Shown piece after piece: positions 19,358 to 28,057 of a stretch of 64,000 nt of DNA (position 1 is the stretch's first letter; each line of letters opens with the position of its first letter). The notes below the pieces were generated by a model, which saw only the letters and a program-made list of their open reading frames with translations, was not told the DNA's origin and did no database searches. This DNA is from Promethearchaeota archaeon (GTDB lineage Archaea; Asgardarchaeota; Hermodarchaeia; Hermodarchaeales; Hermodarchaeaceae). The translations under genes were made by a program, and so were the position numbers. Location of the stretch: contig JBHLPH010000006.1 of the NCBI GenBank assembly GCA_048939625.1, positions 32,001 to 96,000 on the forward strand. Reading direction: 5' to 3'.

Positions 19358-19600
19358 TCACTTTGGTAATATTGTATACTCAGCATTGCTTGCATAAGTG
19401 CCATCCCAACCAAGGAAGCCCCAGTCAAATCCGTTAAAAGGTTCACTTTCAACAATTCCAGGGATTCCCGGTCCTGGCCCAATGCGGGGTAGAAGCGTTG
19501 GTCGAATTGCGATCGCTACACCCATAGGAACGATAACCATGGCAAAAAGGAAGATAAACCCGATTCCGAGCAAGAGGATTTTCTTTGTTTTCAGTTTCAT
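19358..19600 (-). CDS. Small exported or membrane-anchored protein (80 aa)
   Basis: MKLKTKK plus a hydrophobic segment ending VAIA, then a Pro/Gly-rich spacer and an aromatic tail; AGGAGG RBS; own terminator. Confidence 0.7.
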   Translation of the reverse strand: MKLKTKKILLLGIGFIFLFAMVIVPMGVAIAIRPTLLPRIGPGPGIPGIVESEPFNGFDWGFLGWDGTYASNAEYTILPK

Positions 19601-19740
19601 TTACAAATCCCTCCTGAGGATTGCCACCTTAATGAGGAAGCAACCCAGTTGGTTGGTGACTAATCTTACCTCAGAATCGCATATCAATCGACGGGAGCTA
19701 ATTTGTGCAAAAAAACGCAGAAATCAGTTTCAGAGAGACG

Positions 19741-19768
19741 ATTTTTGCACCGGTCGGTATAAATCCTG
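19741..19768 (-). promoter_or_regulatory. Candidate operator A, upstream of the 80-aa gene
   Basis: Minus strand CAGGATTTATACCGACCGGTGCAAAAAT; inverted near-copy at 20822-20850; GTGCAAAAA (19705-19713) is inverted with TTTTTGCAC (19742-19750). Confidence 0.5.
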
Positions 19769-19793
19769 GTTTTTGACCAAAAAGGAGCAGGAG

Positions 19794-20747
19794 CTAAGTC
19801 TCAAGTAGAGAGTTAAGCTGATTTTGACCCAGTCCCGGAAATTTTCGATGAGGGAACATAACCATGGTGTGAACTACGGTACTATATGGAGACTCCTTGA
19901 GTTCCAGATCAATTGCTTCCACATGATGTAAGGTATCGACGGCAAAATCAAGGAGCAGAGTGGGTTCATCACTTAGAAGATATGAGGTCCAATATTCTAG
20001 CGGGTATCGCTGCTCAAGCCAAGCAACCAACTTTCTGGGACTAGTATTCTCTGCATTATAACGGATACGACTTCGAAACTCGATTTGATTACCAGCGCTG
20101 CGAAGCCATTCAAGTGTAAAACGTAAAGTGCCCGAATTTTGTAATTGGCGAAGCACCATGCGAACACGCTTGGCGCTCATCTCTGTTCTTCGAGCCATAT
20201 CTACGACTGGCATCCGTGGATTTTCTCGCAGACACCTTAATACATTCAATTTAATTTTCGTGAAATCAAAGTTTAAGGCCTGAGGTTTTGAATGCACTTC
20301 TTTTGTGATATGGGGATGCATTTCGATGACATCATGAATTTCGACATCAGACACACGATCAAGACCACGGAGAAATTGTCCAAAGTTCACGGTTCCCATG
20401 TTACCTCGAACTTCCGCTTCCACATCATAGGTGCCATCCGCCAAACGTGAGACTAACCGAACGACCGGACTTTGCCCAATTTGGTGAATGAATTCATGTG
20501 CATCTTCGGATCCGAGGGTTGATACCTCAGCTATGACCAAGTGGGCCCCAAGAGCCTCTGAGTTGAGTTCAACGAGAAACCGCTGAATTACTCCTAACTC
20601 AATCAGCTTTTCAATGCGGCTTCGAATCGTTTTACTCGACACTTCTAATTTTCGTGCTAGTGCTCGAAAGGACTGCCGACAATTGCCTTCTAATTCGGCT
20701 ATAATACCTTTATCAACCAGGTCCACGGGGGTCACCGAACCCTCCAA
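19794..20747 (-). CDS. Tandem-domain Lrp/AsnC transcriptional regulator (HTH-RAM-HTH-RAM), copy 1
   Basis: DLVDKGII..LEGNCRQSFRALARKLEVSSKTIRSRIEKL; second HTH VLRCLRENPRMPVVDMARRTEMSAKRVR. Confidence 0.88.
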   Translation of the reverse strand: MEGSVTPVDLVDKGIIAELEGNCRQSFRALARKLEVSSKTIRSRIEKLIELGVIQRFLVELNSEALGAHLVIAEVSTLGSEDAHEFIHQIGQSPVVRLVSRLADGTYDVEAEVRGNMGTVNFGQFLRGLDRVSDVEIHDVIEMHPHITKEVHSKPQALNFDFTKIKLNVLRCLRENPRMPVVDMARRTEMSAKRVRMVLRQLQNSGTLRFTLEWLRSAGNQIEFRSRIRYNAENTSPRKLVAWLEQRYPLEYWTSYLLSDEPTLLLDFAVDTLHHVEAIDLELKESPYSTVVHTMVMFPHRKFPGLGQNQLNSLLET

Positions 20748-20821
20748 CTAACTGTACATTCAGGTTAAAGAGGTATATATCCATTCATGTTCACGGTTTC
20801 TAGCCATGTAAGCCCCGAAAA

Positions 20822-20850
20822 CAGGATTTTACACCGGATTGTTCAAAAAT
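20822..20850 (+). promoter_or_regulatory. Candidate operator B, upstream of the 93-aa ORF
   Basis: CAGGATTTTACACCGGATTGTTCAAAAAT; 22 identities with operator A over a 29-column alignment with one gap. Confidence 0.5.
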
Positions 20851-20952
20851 GGGTAAAAAATTGGTTAGCAAAGTTCATTCTTGAACCTCTAAGCTCCCCT
20901 TGATTGATATGTGATGCCGCCTTTGGGTTACATGTTCTCAAGAACCTCATAA

Positions 20953-21234
20953 TTGGATGGTGATGGAAAAATGGCAACCAAAGATTTGGGACATGAACCG
21001 CAGCAACTTACTCAAATTCCTCAGGACGAGAAAGAGCAAATCGTTTACAATTGGGTGTACGTAACAGAGAAAGGCTATGATATTGATGTGCAAGTGACTG
21101 TAGTAGGTCAAGAATTGTTCACGATTGATACGCCCTGGTATCGCGCACAAGTAAGAACCTACGATTTAGTTGACACTGTTGTTCGCTTCTGTCAATCCAT
21201 GTATGGATTAGGTGTTCTGACTGTAATTATCTAA
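20953..21234 (+). CDS. Hypothetical small protein
   Basis: 93-aa ORF divergent from Lrp copy 1 (start possibly ATG 20971); protein-like composition. Confidence 0.55.
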   Translation: MDGDGKMATKDLGHEPQQLTQIPQDEKEQIVYNWVYVTEKGYDIDVQVTVVGQELFTIDTPWYRAQVRTYDLVDTVVRFCQSMYGLGVLTVII

Positions 21235-21266
21235 TAACGGCAACAGACATAAGTTTCTGAGAACTC

Positions 21267-21298
21267 TAAAAAAAGAAACAGGAGGAGGCAAGGCCTCC
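21267..21298 (-). terminator. Hairpin plus U-tract terminator
   Basis: GGAGGC-AAG-GCCTCC (21284-21298), then a T-rich tract on the minus strand. Confidence 0.5.
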
Positions 21299-21327
21299 CA
21301 TGAATTGTTAGTTTGTTTTAATTAGCT

Positions 21328-21790
21328 CTAAAGAATGATGATTTTGTTCGCATCGGGTGGTGCAAAGTCCCAGACATCATTTGTATTTCCGCAGTGAACA
21401 ACAAAATTATCACTGGAGTATGGACCAAGTCAGATTCCTGCAACTGTTTCAGGATCAATGAAGAAAGGCCAATCATAATAGTAAGGCACCACTTCAAGAG
21501 TTTGTTCATTGACATCGTTGAAGAAGATCTTATTGCCACTGCCACCATCAGTAAGTGTTCCCCAAAATGGAGTCCAAGCTTCACCCCAGAGTCCGAAATA
21601 AATGCCCATAAAGCCATGACCAGAAATTGTATTACCAGCTATCCGGAATCATAGAGCCAGGCATCAAAGATCCCGCCACCTGTTGCGTCATCCAGATAAA
21701 TATCGTTGCAGAGAATGTAGGACCTAAGGGAATGGATTCCTGTAAAACCATAAGTCCAATCGACTAATACAAACATGTCAGATTCGAAAG
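21328..21790 (-). pseudogene. 5'-truncated pseudogene of a parallel beta-helix (NosD/pectin-lyase-like) repeat protein
   Basis: ILCNDIYLDDATGGGIFDAWLYDS, then a frameshift near 21643, then IAGNTISGHGFMGIYFG...GSGNKIFFNDV...AGI*LGPYSSDNFVV...NDVWD...NKIIIL*, with in-frame TGA at 21430-21432. Confidence 0.6.
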
Positions 21791-22225
21791 CTAATTCGCC
21801 TTCAATTTTGGTGGTTTACATTGAGTGAATAAGGTCTTGCTAGGTTCTTTGTCAAAATAATATGAAGCAACCCAGACACCCTCATCGCTAAAGAGATCTA
21901 GATTAAACCCGATTGTTTGGAGATTTAGAAGATATTGAAACAGCAGAATTGTTTCTTCAAGGGTTAGACGAAGTTCAGGTTGATTGAGTGTGGTCATCTC
22001 ATTGGATGATAAGTTGGCATCTAGCCCCCACATCTTTTCAGGAAGAATCACCTCGATATCCATCCGGATTCGCTCTGGTTCATCTGATTGTCGGACGAGG
22101 AGGATTCGGATTCGATTGGTTTCTTGTACAGTGACAGCCATTTCAGAGATTTGATTAAACACGAGTTCATCTTCATGAATGGAACGCAGTCGCCTGTATT
22201 CTTTAATCAAATCCGAAAACCTCAT
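21791..22225 (-). CDS. Hypothetical protein
   Basis: 144-aa ORF with AGGAG upstream; protein-like composition; no motif recognised. Confidence 0.7.
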   Translation of the reverse strand: MRFSDLIKEYRRLRSIHEDELVFNQISEMAVTVQETNRIRILLVRQSDEPERIRMDIEVILPEKMWGLDANLSSNEMTTLNQPELRLTLEETILLFQYLLNLQTIGFNLDLFSDEGVWVASYYFDKEPSKTLFTQCKPPKLKAN

Positions 22226-22559
22226 GTCATCCTAGCTCCTTGTGGGGTCGCCCCTCCAATTGCGTGGATAATAAGCGTAAAGAATGACTGGTGAGGGTGG
22301 GTTTTCTATTGACCGGTACTAGGGAGGGTCAAAAAAGTCTGCAAACAGAAGAAACATGGCTGTTCTGGAACGTGAACCCGTGCTAAATGGAACCCCACTG
22401 ATTCTGGTAAAGAAATCGCTCAGAGGCAAGGCTTTTTATAGGGGTGAACGTTTGGCAGGTGTATCAGCACCCAATGGCGAATTGTGTTTGGGAAAAAATC
22501 CAGGTATGGTAGAGTCCCGAGTTACGTTCTCTTTTTGGATCCTGATTTGATATAGACAC

Positions 22560-23069
22560 GTGGTACCGAAAATGAGCTACGATAGAGAGCCTGTTGAGGC
22601 AACAGTCGCAGACCTGCGACCCAGTATGAAAAGTTTGAACATCACCTTCAAAGTCGTCGAAAAAGGCGAAGAACGCGAAGTCACCTCCCGCAAAGACGGG
22701 GAAACCCATCGTGTTCTTGATGCTGTCGCCGGTGACTCCACTGGCACCGTTATTCTTAGTTTGTGGGACGATATGATCGACACCGTCGAACAAGACAAAA
22801 GTTACCGCTTAGAAAACGGTTACACCAGCTTGTTCCAAGGCCACCTCCGATTGAACATCGGACGCTATGGTGAACTAAAAGACACAGACAGTGAAATCGA
22901 AGAAATCGACATGGACAACGATCTCTCCGCTGCCGAACACGAACGCCCCCCACGCCGCTATGGCGGCTATAGTCGGGGTTATAGTGGCGGTGGTGGTGGT
23001 TATCGTCGTGGTGGCGGCGGTTCACGCCGTGGCGGACGAGACCGAGATCGCGGTCGTGGTCGATACTAA
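22560..23069 (+). CDS. ssb: Single-OB-fold SSB with RGG-rich tail (copy 2)
   Basis: OB domain nearly identical to copy 1; tail RRYGGYSRGYSGGGGGYRRGGGGSRRGGRDRDRGRGRY. Confidence 0.9.
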   Translation: MVPKMSYDREPVEATVADLRPSMKSLNITFKVVEKGEEREVTSRKDGETHRVLDAVAGDSTGTVILSLWDDMIDTVEQDKSYRLENGYTSLFQGHLRLNIGRYGELKDTDSEIEEIDMDNDLSAAEHERPPRRYGGYSRGYSGGGGGYRRGGGGSRRGGRDRDRGRGRY

Positions 23070-23082
23070 TCTACGAACACAC

Positions 23083-23134
23083 ACGGAGGCACAGCCACAA
23101 AATATTCTGGCATGACCTCCCGTTTTCTTTTTTT
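23083..23134 (+). terminator. Terminator between ssb copy 2 and the convergent third OB-fold gene
   Basis: GGAGG...GCCA / TGGC...CCTCC imperfect stem followed by TTTTCTTTTTTT. Confidence 0.5.
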
Positions 23135-23167
23135 AAAAAAGCCTGCAAAAATCCTAGGAAAAAGGTG

Positions 23168-23707
23168 TTAGTTCGATTCACGATCAATTCGTGACCATTT
23201 GAAGCCACGAGACCGGCGAACAGGTGGATTGCGACGGTTTGGGATTCGTTTGTTTCCCTTTGAATCTTGTGATGATGAGCGAGACTTTGAGGATAAATTC
23301 CGTTCGGTATTTACTTCAGAGATTGGGTTGACTGCTGGTTCGAGTTTTCCGTTTCGTCCCAGACTGACTTGTAATCGTCCTTGAAATAGACCTGATTGCC
23401 CCCCAATGATCCGAAACGCCTTCCCATCTTCAATTTGGGTAATCTCTTCATCCCATAATGTTAAGAGCATAACACCGGTTTCATCGCCGATAAGCACATC
23501 GGCAACTTGATGGTTGGAGCCATCACTGCGGCTTTTGACCTTCCGGATGGCTTGGGTTTTTAGAACTTGAAATTTAATCGTGATTCCTCGTTGATAGGGC
23601 TGGAGATGGACGAGTTTCTGTGCTTGCTTACTTGACACAACAATGACCTTTCGTGAGGTTGCTGATCTGCGAGTCCAAAAAGCCGCCGTGACCCACAGAT
23701 ACACCAC
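23168..23707 (-). CDS. Divergent SSB-like OB-fold protein with basic tail (copy 3)
   Basis: LQPYQRGITIKFQVL...VADVLIGDETGVMLLTLWDE...GLFQGRLQVSLGRNG; true start probably GTG 23638. Confidence 0.8.
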   Translation of the reverse strand: MVYLWVTAAFWTRRSATSRKVIVVSSKQAQKLVHLQPYQRGITIKFQVLKTQAIRKVKSRSDGSNHQVADVLIGDETGVMLLTLWDEEITQIEDGKAFRIIGGQSGLFQGRLQVSLGRNGKLEPAVNPISEVNTERNLSSKSRSSSQDSKGNKRIPNRRNPPVRRSRGFKWSRIDRESN

Positions 23708-23818
23708 ACGCGAGTAAGTAGCTAAGAGCCGCGAAACTTTCGAATAACAGACCGAAAGACTGATTCTCGAAGCCCCTTAAATATCTACCCCGTTATTCAG
23801 ATGCTGAATCCTTGCTGT

Positions 23819-24655
23819 TCATTCTGAGTCCTTTATTTCCTCACCCGGTGTGATGATCACCTTTTTCTGACGCCGTCGCCAGACAAGGAAACCGCCAACC
23901 ACCAAACATAACCCGATAGCCCACGGGGTGACTAACAAGACCATCGGCAGCTCATCATCATATGGTGGTGGGGGTGGTCCATTATCGGGATTATTGTCAA
24001 CGCGAATGTTGTCAATCCATTGGTGAGAGGTCGTGTAATTGTGCCAGAATGAGATAAAGAAAAATGCGGAGGCACTGAAAGTGTTTTCGTGAACGGGCCA
24101 ATTATCGATAAAGATCTCGTTGGTCGTCCGATTCAGCCAGACATAGAGGTACCCGTCGTAGCGGCGGACGATTTCAACGTGCATCATCTCATAAATCGAT
24201 CGTGAATCATCTCCCAGTGTTGTGTTTTTGTAGCCATCCATGATTCGACGAACATTGTTCTCCATGAGCACGAGTTGATATTCACCCCTTTCTGTTCGCA
24301 AGTAATATCCATTGCTGGGATAATCGAGATTGGCCACATCGAGTGCGATGAAGAAGACCTCCCAACCACCGTGCAAGTACGTGTCCCACGAATAGATGTC
24401 AAAACTCCAGAAACCATAGGCATTGGTACTGGCACGAGATGCGTAATTTTGATAATCACCTGTGGCGTAGAGCCGATCTTGTGGATACCCCTCCGGCACC
24501 ATTGTGAACCCTCCAATGTATACAGTCCAGTCCTCGAGAGTTCCATCGAACTCCTCAATCCATTGGAGAATCGCGATGCGGGAATCAGGGATTGTAAATC
24601 TCACAAAAAGCAATGTAGCTAGAAACAAAACCGGGAAAAGCAGCCTTTTCTTCAC
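23819..24655 (-). CDS. Single-pass cell-surface protein, paralogue 1 (signal peptide, beta-sandwich ectodomain, Pro linker, conserved TM and tail)
   Basis: GTG 24655 with GGAGG upstream; KKRLLF hydrophobic N-terminus; YGFWSFD; WIDNIRVDNNPDNGPPPPP; LLVTPWAIGLC...WRRRQKKVIITPGEE. Confidence 0.85.
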   Translation of the reverse strand: MKKRLLFPVLFLATLLFVRFTIPDSRIAILQWIEEFDGTLEDWTVYIGGFTMVPEGYPQDRLYATGDYQNYASRASTNAYGFWSFDIYSWDTYLHGGWEVFFIALDVANLDYPSNGYYLRTERGEYQLVLMENNVRRIMDGYKNTTLGDDSRSIYEMMHVEIVRRYDGYLYVWLNRTTNEIFIDNWPVHENTFSASAFFFISFWHNYTTSHQWIDNIRVDNNPDNGPPPPPYDDELPMVLLVTPWAIGLCLVVGGFLVWRRRQKKVIITPGEEIKDSE

Positions 24656-24792
24656 GTACAAGCCCTCCAACCTGACAGGAAATATGTTATCGTCTCTTTT
24701 GTGTTGGTTTGATTTAAGTGGCTGTGAGTTATTGGGGTCATAAAAGTGCCGAAAAAAAGTAAAAATCGTCTTATTTGTAACCCTGCCCCGTA

Positions 24793-25776
24793 TTATTCAG
24801 GTAGTTGGAGGGTGTCCCAGAACGCTTCGTTAAGTCCGGGATAGAATCGATGCTGATAATGGATGATTTGTTTGACGGAAACAACCCCGGGAGCCGCTCT
24901 GACGGCTCTGATGAGTTCAGGGGTCTGGCTCATGTATTCAAGCAGAAACAAGGTAAAAATCACCGGCTCTGAGGCACTAGCAAAAGTGTACCAGATTTCC
25001 AAGGGATATCGCTGTTGCAACCACTCCACAAGCGCCCATCTCGCATCCGAGCCCCCCTGATACCCTATACGGACTAAAAACCGAGTATACCCCGTTGCCG
25101 CCACATCTGAATCAATGCGCGCATGAAAACACGCCAGGTTGGACAGCCGATCGCCTACGCCTTTGGCTTTCACCCAAAACTCAGAAGTGGATCCCTCACG
25201 AAGAAGTAACTTATCGAGAATCCGCCGTACCCGTCGAGGGCTAAATCCCGAACGTTGACTGATTTCCTTGATTTGCATCCGCAAATCATGCCTGAGGCAC
25301 GCCAAGACATGCACATCTTCAGGTTTGAGTTCGCATTTTTGGCCCCGTTGAACGACGAGCGTATGAAACTCAACTTCCGATATTTCTGGTTGTTCATGAA
25401 GAAAGTTGGTGAGTTCATCCAAGCCCTTAGACCCCTTATACATTCCCCAACAGAGAAGATCCCCATCAGCAAGAATGGTTATTATGTCAATCATAGGACA
25501 CGCGCCAAGCCGGTTCAGAAGGGCTTCGTTAGTCGTTGAGTCTGTGGTGGTGAGAAACGCCCAGAAGTATTCAGCATCCAGCATGGCCAGCGACGGATAA
25601 ATCGTGAACCGAAGAATCACCTTGTTTTCAAGGAGGCGATCATAGCGTTTTTTCACCGAGGTAACCGACAGATTCAGCCTCCGAGCCAAAGCATGGAACG
25701 AAATCCGACCGTTTTCTATCAATGCCATGACAATATCCTTATCGATTTGGTCCACACATACCACCAAGAAACCCAA
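24793..25776 (-). CDS. Tandem-domain Lrp/AsnC regulator, copy 2
   Basis: DQIDKDIV..LIENGRISFHALARRLNLSVTSVKKRYDRL; second HTH CLRHDLRMQIKEISQRSGFSPRRVRR. Confidence 0.88.
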   Translation of the reverse strand: MGFLVVCVDQIDKDIVMALIENGRISFHALARRLNLSVTSVKKRYDRLLENKVILRFTIYPSLAMLDAEYFWAFLTTTDSTTNEALLNRLGACPMIDIITILADGDLLCWGMYKGSKGLDELTNFLHEQPEISEVEFHTLVVQRGQKCELKPEDVHVLACLRHDLRMQIKEISQRSGFSPRRVRRILDKLLLREGSTSEFWVKAKGVGDRLSNLACFHARIDSDVAATGYTRFLVRIGYQGGSDARWALVEWLQQRYPLEIWYTFASASEPVIFTLFLLEYMSQTPELIRAVRAAPGVVSVKQIIHYQHRFYPGLNEAFWDTLQLPE

Positions 25777-25867
25777 GCATCACTCCTACACGCTAATAGG
25801 GTAAATAGTCAGCGGTGTAATTCTCTTTGAAAGATCAAATAAGACCAAAAAATAGTTCTATAGTCGA

Positions 25868-26737
25868 CTACGCTGACTCCTCGAGTTCCTCTCCAGGCGT
25901 AATCTCCACCTTCTTTTGGCGGCGCCGCCACACCACCAAAGCACCCACGACCACACATAAGCCAATCGCCCAAGGGGTTACCAACAGGACAATTTCAAGA
26001 CCGGACCCACCAATAAGAGGGGGTGGAGGAGGAGGTGGTCCATTTTCGGGATTATTGTCCACTTGAATGTTGTCAATCCATTGAGTATAATTGTGGCGCA
26101 TTCTGATACCAAAATAAGAACAAGTCGTAGGGCAAGGGCCCGGATGAAGGGTTTCGTTGGTTTGGAAGGAAATTCCCGTTTCGGGCTCATCTCCTGTATA
26201 GTTGAGCCACACATACAAATGTCCCTGAGGTGTTCGGACGATGTCTACATGAACCATCTCAATAATGTGAGGCCCATATAAGGGCTCTACAAACCCACCA
26301 TGGTAGGAGATGATACCATTCATGACTTTTTGGAGTTCGTACTTGTGCGGTTTTGCTACATCACCCCCATACCAAGTCTCCTTGTATTCTATTTGGTAGG
26401 AATTGAGTGGATCTCCTGAAGATGCGAAGCCGTCAGCGAGGAAAAAAATAGTATAACGCCTATGGTTATCATTTTTAACATAATATATGTCGAACCGCCA
26501 CCAGCCATAGGCGACGTCACTTTCATGGAAGATGAAACTTTCAAAGCGGTTTGTTGCAGTGAGCCGACCGTTATCAATGGCAAAACCTCCACGTAAGGTT
26601 GTCCAGTTATCGAGAGCATCGTCACCAGTGAAGGTTTCACCCCATCTAGGTGTCGCAGTGCTTGAATCGGGAACTGTAAATGTGACGCAAAGCAATGCCA
26701 TGAACAGCATTGCTGCGAAGCACAGCCTTCTTCTCAT
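25868..26737 (-). CDS. Single-pass cell-surface protein, paralogue 2
   Basis: MRRRL signal peptide; YGWWRFD; WIDNIQVDNNPENGPPPPPPP; LLVTPWAIGLC...WRRRQKKVEITPGEE; GGAGG RBS. Confidence 0.88.
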   Translation of the reverse strand: MRRRLCFAAMLFMALLCVTFTVPDSSTATPRWGETFTGDDALDNWTTLRGGFAIDNGRLTATNRFESFIFHESDVAYGWWRFDIYYVKNDNHRRYTIFFLADGFASSGDPLNSYQIEYKETWYGGDVAKPHKYELQKVMNGIISYHGGFVEPLYGPHIIEMVHVDIVRTPQGHLYVWLNYTGDEPETGISFQTNETLHPGPCPTTCSYFGIRMRHNYTQWIDNIQVDNNPENGPPPPPPPLIGGSGLEIVLLVTPWAIGLCVVVGALVVWRRRQKKVEITPGEELEESA

Positions 26738-26955
26738 TCAGAGACCCTCCAACCTGAGCCATATTGACTAGTATTGTATATATCTGTTCGGATTTCATCG
26801 GCAGCTATGGTAGCTTGTGACCTGAGATATTCGGTACTTCCTGGCATTTAAGCCACGTTCACCGGTTCAGGGCAGAAACAGGACAAACTGCATGGAATTT
26901 AGAATATTTTGTTTCCTAAGGAGGAACCAAAAGAGCCAGGATTGACTTGCACTTG

Positions 26956-26999
26956 AAGAAAATGGGAATACCAGGGACGTGGATGCCGCCCTGGTATTC
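26956..26999 (-). terminator. Hairpin terminator downstream of surface paralogue 3
   Basis: GAATACCAGGG / CCCTGGTATTC perfect 11-bp stem (26966-26999), then CCATTTTCTT on the minus strand. Confidence 0.6.
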
Positions 27000-27106
27000 G
27001 TGTCCTATGCGGATGGAGTGTGTATTTTTGAAAACATTCGACTCGGGTAACTATTCTTCGTGAAGGCTCAGTGTGAGAATCTGGATCGATAATCAACCTG
27101 ATGACA

Positions 27107-27919
27107 TTATTCTTTGAGTTCTTCTCCTGGTGTTATGTCCACTTTCTTTTGGCGGTGTCGCCAAACTACTAATCCTCCTACTACTAAGCATAAACCAATA
27201 GCCCAGGGCGTTACGAGCAGAACTTCCGGCGGAATTTTATTAATTGTTTCAGTGTTTAAAGCGGGGTCAATGGGATCTGGTCCGTTCTCTGGATTGTTAT
27301 CAACGCAAATGTTGTCAATCCATACCTGCTGATGGTGGTCAAGAACGATGTCAAAATAGGCAGAGGTGGTATGACTGACATCATAAGTGTCAAAGAAGAT
27401 ATGGTTCGTTGAGTAATTCGCCCAGACATACATGTACCCATCATATCTTCGAACGATGTCAAAATGCATCATGATATGAATTTGATCGTACAAAGTGCCA
27501 TTACGAAACCCATCCAAGTAATGTGGTTCATAATCCATCGTTTTCATTATTTGATAGAAAAAGGCCCAGCCCTCAAGACAATATCCATTTTGTGGGCGAT
27601 CCCAGAGTATATCCTCAGAAGCAATAAAGAATACGTGCCAGCTCAGATGGTAGTCAGTTCTGATGAAATACACATCGAAGCTCCAATACCCATAGGAGTT
27701 CGTACTCTCATGGCGCATGACGTTTATTTCACGGTTTGTTCCCGAGACTCGGCCGTCCTCAATAACAAATCCGCCTTCAACTATCGTCCAGCCATCTAAG
27801 ACGCCATCATCAAAGTCGTCCGTCCATTGGATGCTCGCGGAGCTTGATAGTGAGAATTTACCGATGCTCAAAAGCAGAAGCAGCATCAGGACTGGAATTA
27901 TTACGAAGCGTTTTCGCAT
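27107..27919 (-). CDS. Single-pass cell-surface protein, paralogue 3
   Basis: MRKRF signal peptide (ATG 27919); WTDDFDDGVLDGW; YGYWSFD; WIDNICVDNNPENGP; LLVTPWAIGLC...WRHRQKKVDITPGEE. Confidence 0.88.
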   Translation of the reverse strand: MRKRFVIIPVLMLLLLLSIGKFSLSSSASIQWTDDFDDGVLDGWTIVEGGFVIEDGRVSGTNREINVMRHESTNSYGYWSFDVYFIRTDYHLSWHVFFIASEDILWDRPQNGYCLEGWAFFYQIMKTMDYEPHYLDGFRNGTLYDQIHIMMHFDIVRRYDGYMYVWANYSTNHIFFDTYDVSHTTSAYFDIVLDHHQQVWIDNICVDNNPENGPDPIDPALNTETINKIPPEVLLVTPWAIGLCLVVGGLVVWRHRQKKVDITPGEELKE

Positions 27920-28057
27920 GACATACACACTCCAGAAGTGGCTTCCAAAAACTGAGGTCACTCCACTAAGGAGAAGTGTGTCTTCGTGGCATATTAACCC
28001 GTGTTTGGTGATCGGTTTACAAAGTGAACGCTACTTATAAGGCGCTTGGACGGTTTG

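Noticed and set aside
21430-21432. In-frame TGA as selenocysteine
   Set aside because: The context is not Cys-like, a frameshift is also present and no SECIS was recognised; a nonsense mutation is simpler.
21318-21654. ORF-track ORFs 21318-21617 (-) and 21394-21654 (+)
   Set aside because: A different minus-strand frame gives a more convincing beta-helix-like sequence; these ORFs are shadows of the pseudogene.
22251-22262. CCCCTCCAATTG shared with 19305-19316
   Set aside because: Only 12 bp, in different contexts and partly an RBS-like complement; likely chance.
26899-27096. 65-aa ORF between surface paralogues
   Set aside because: It runs through a terminator-like hairpin, has no RBS and has an atypical composition.
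23819-27961. Diversity-generating retroelement or cassette switching behind the variable surface proteins
   Set aside because: No reverse transcriptase, template/variable repeat pair or recombinase in the window; divergence is spread across the ectodomain.
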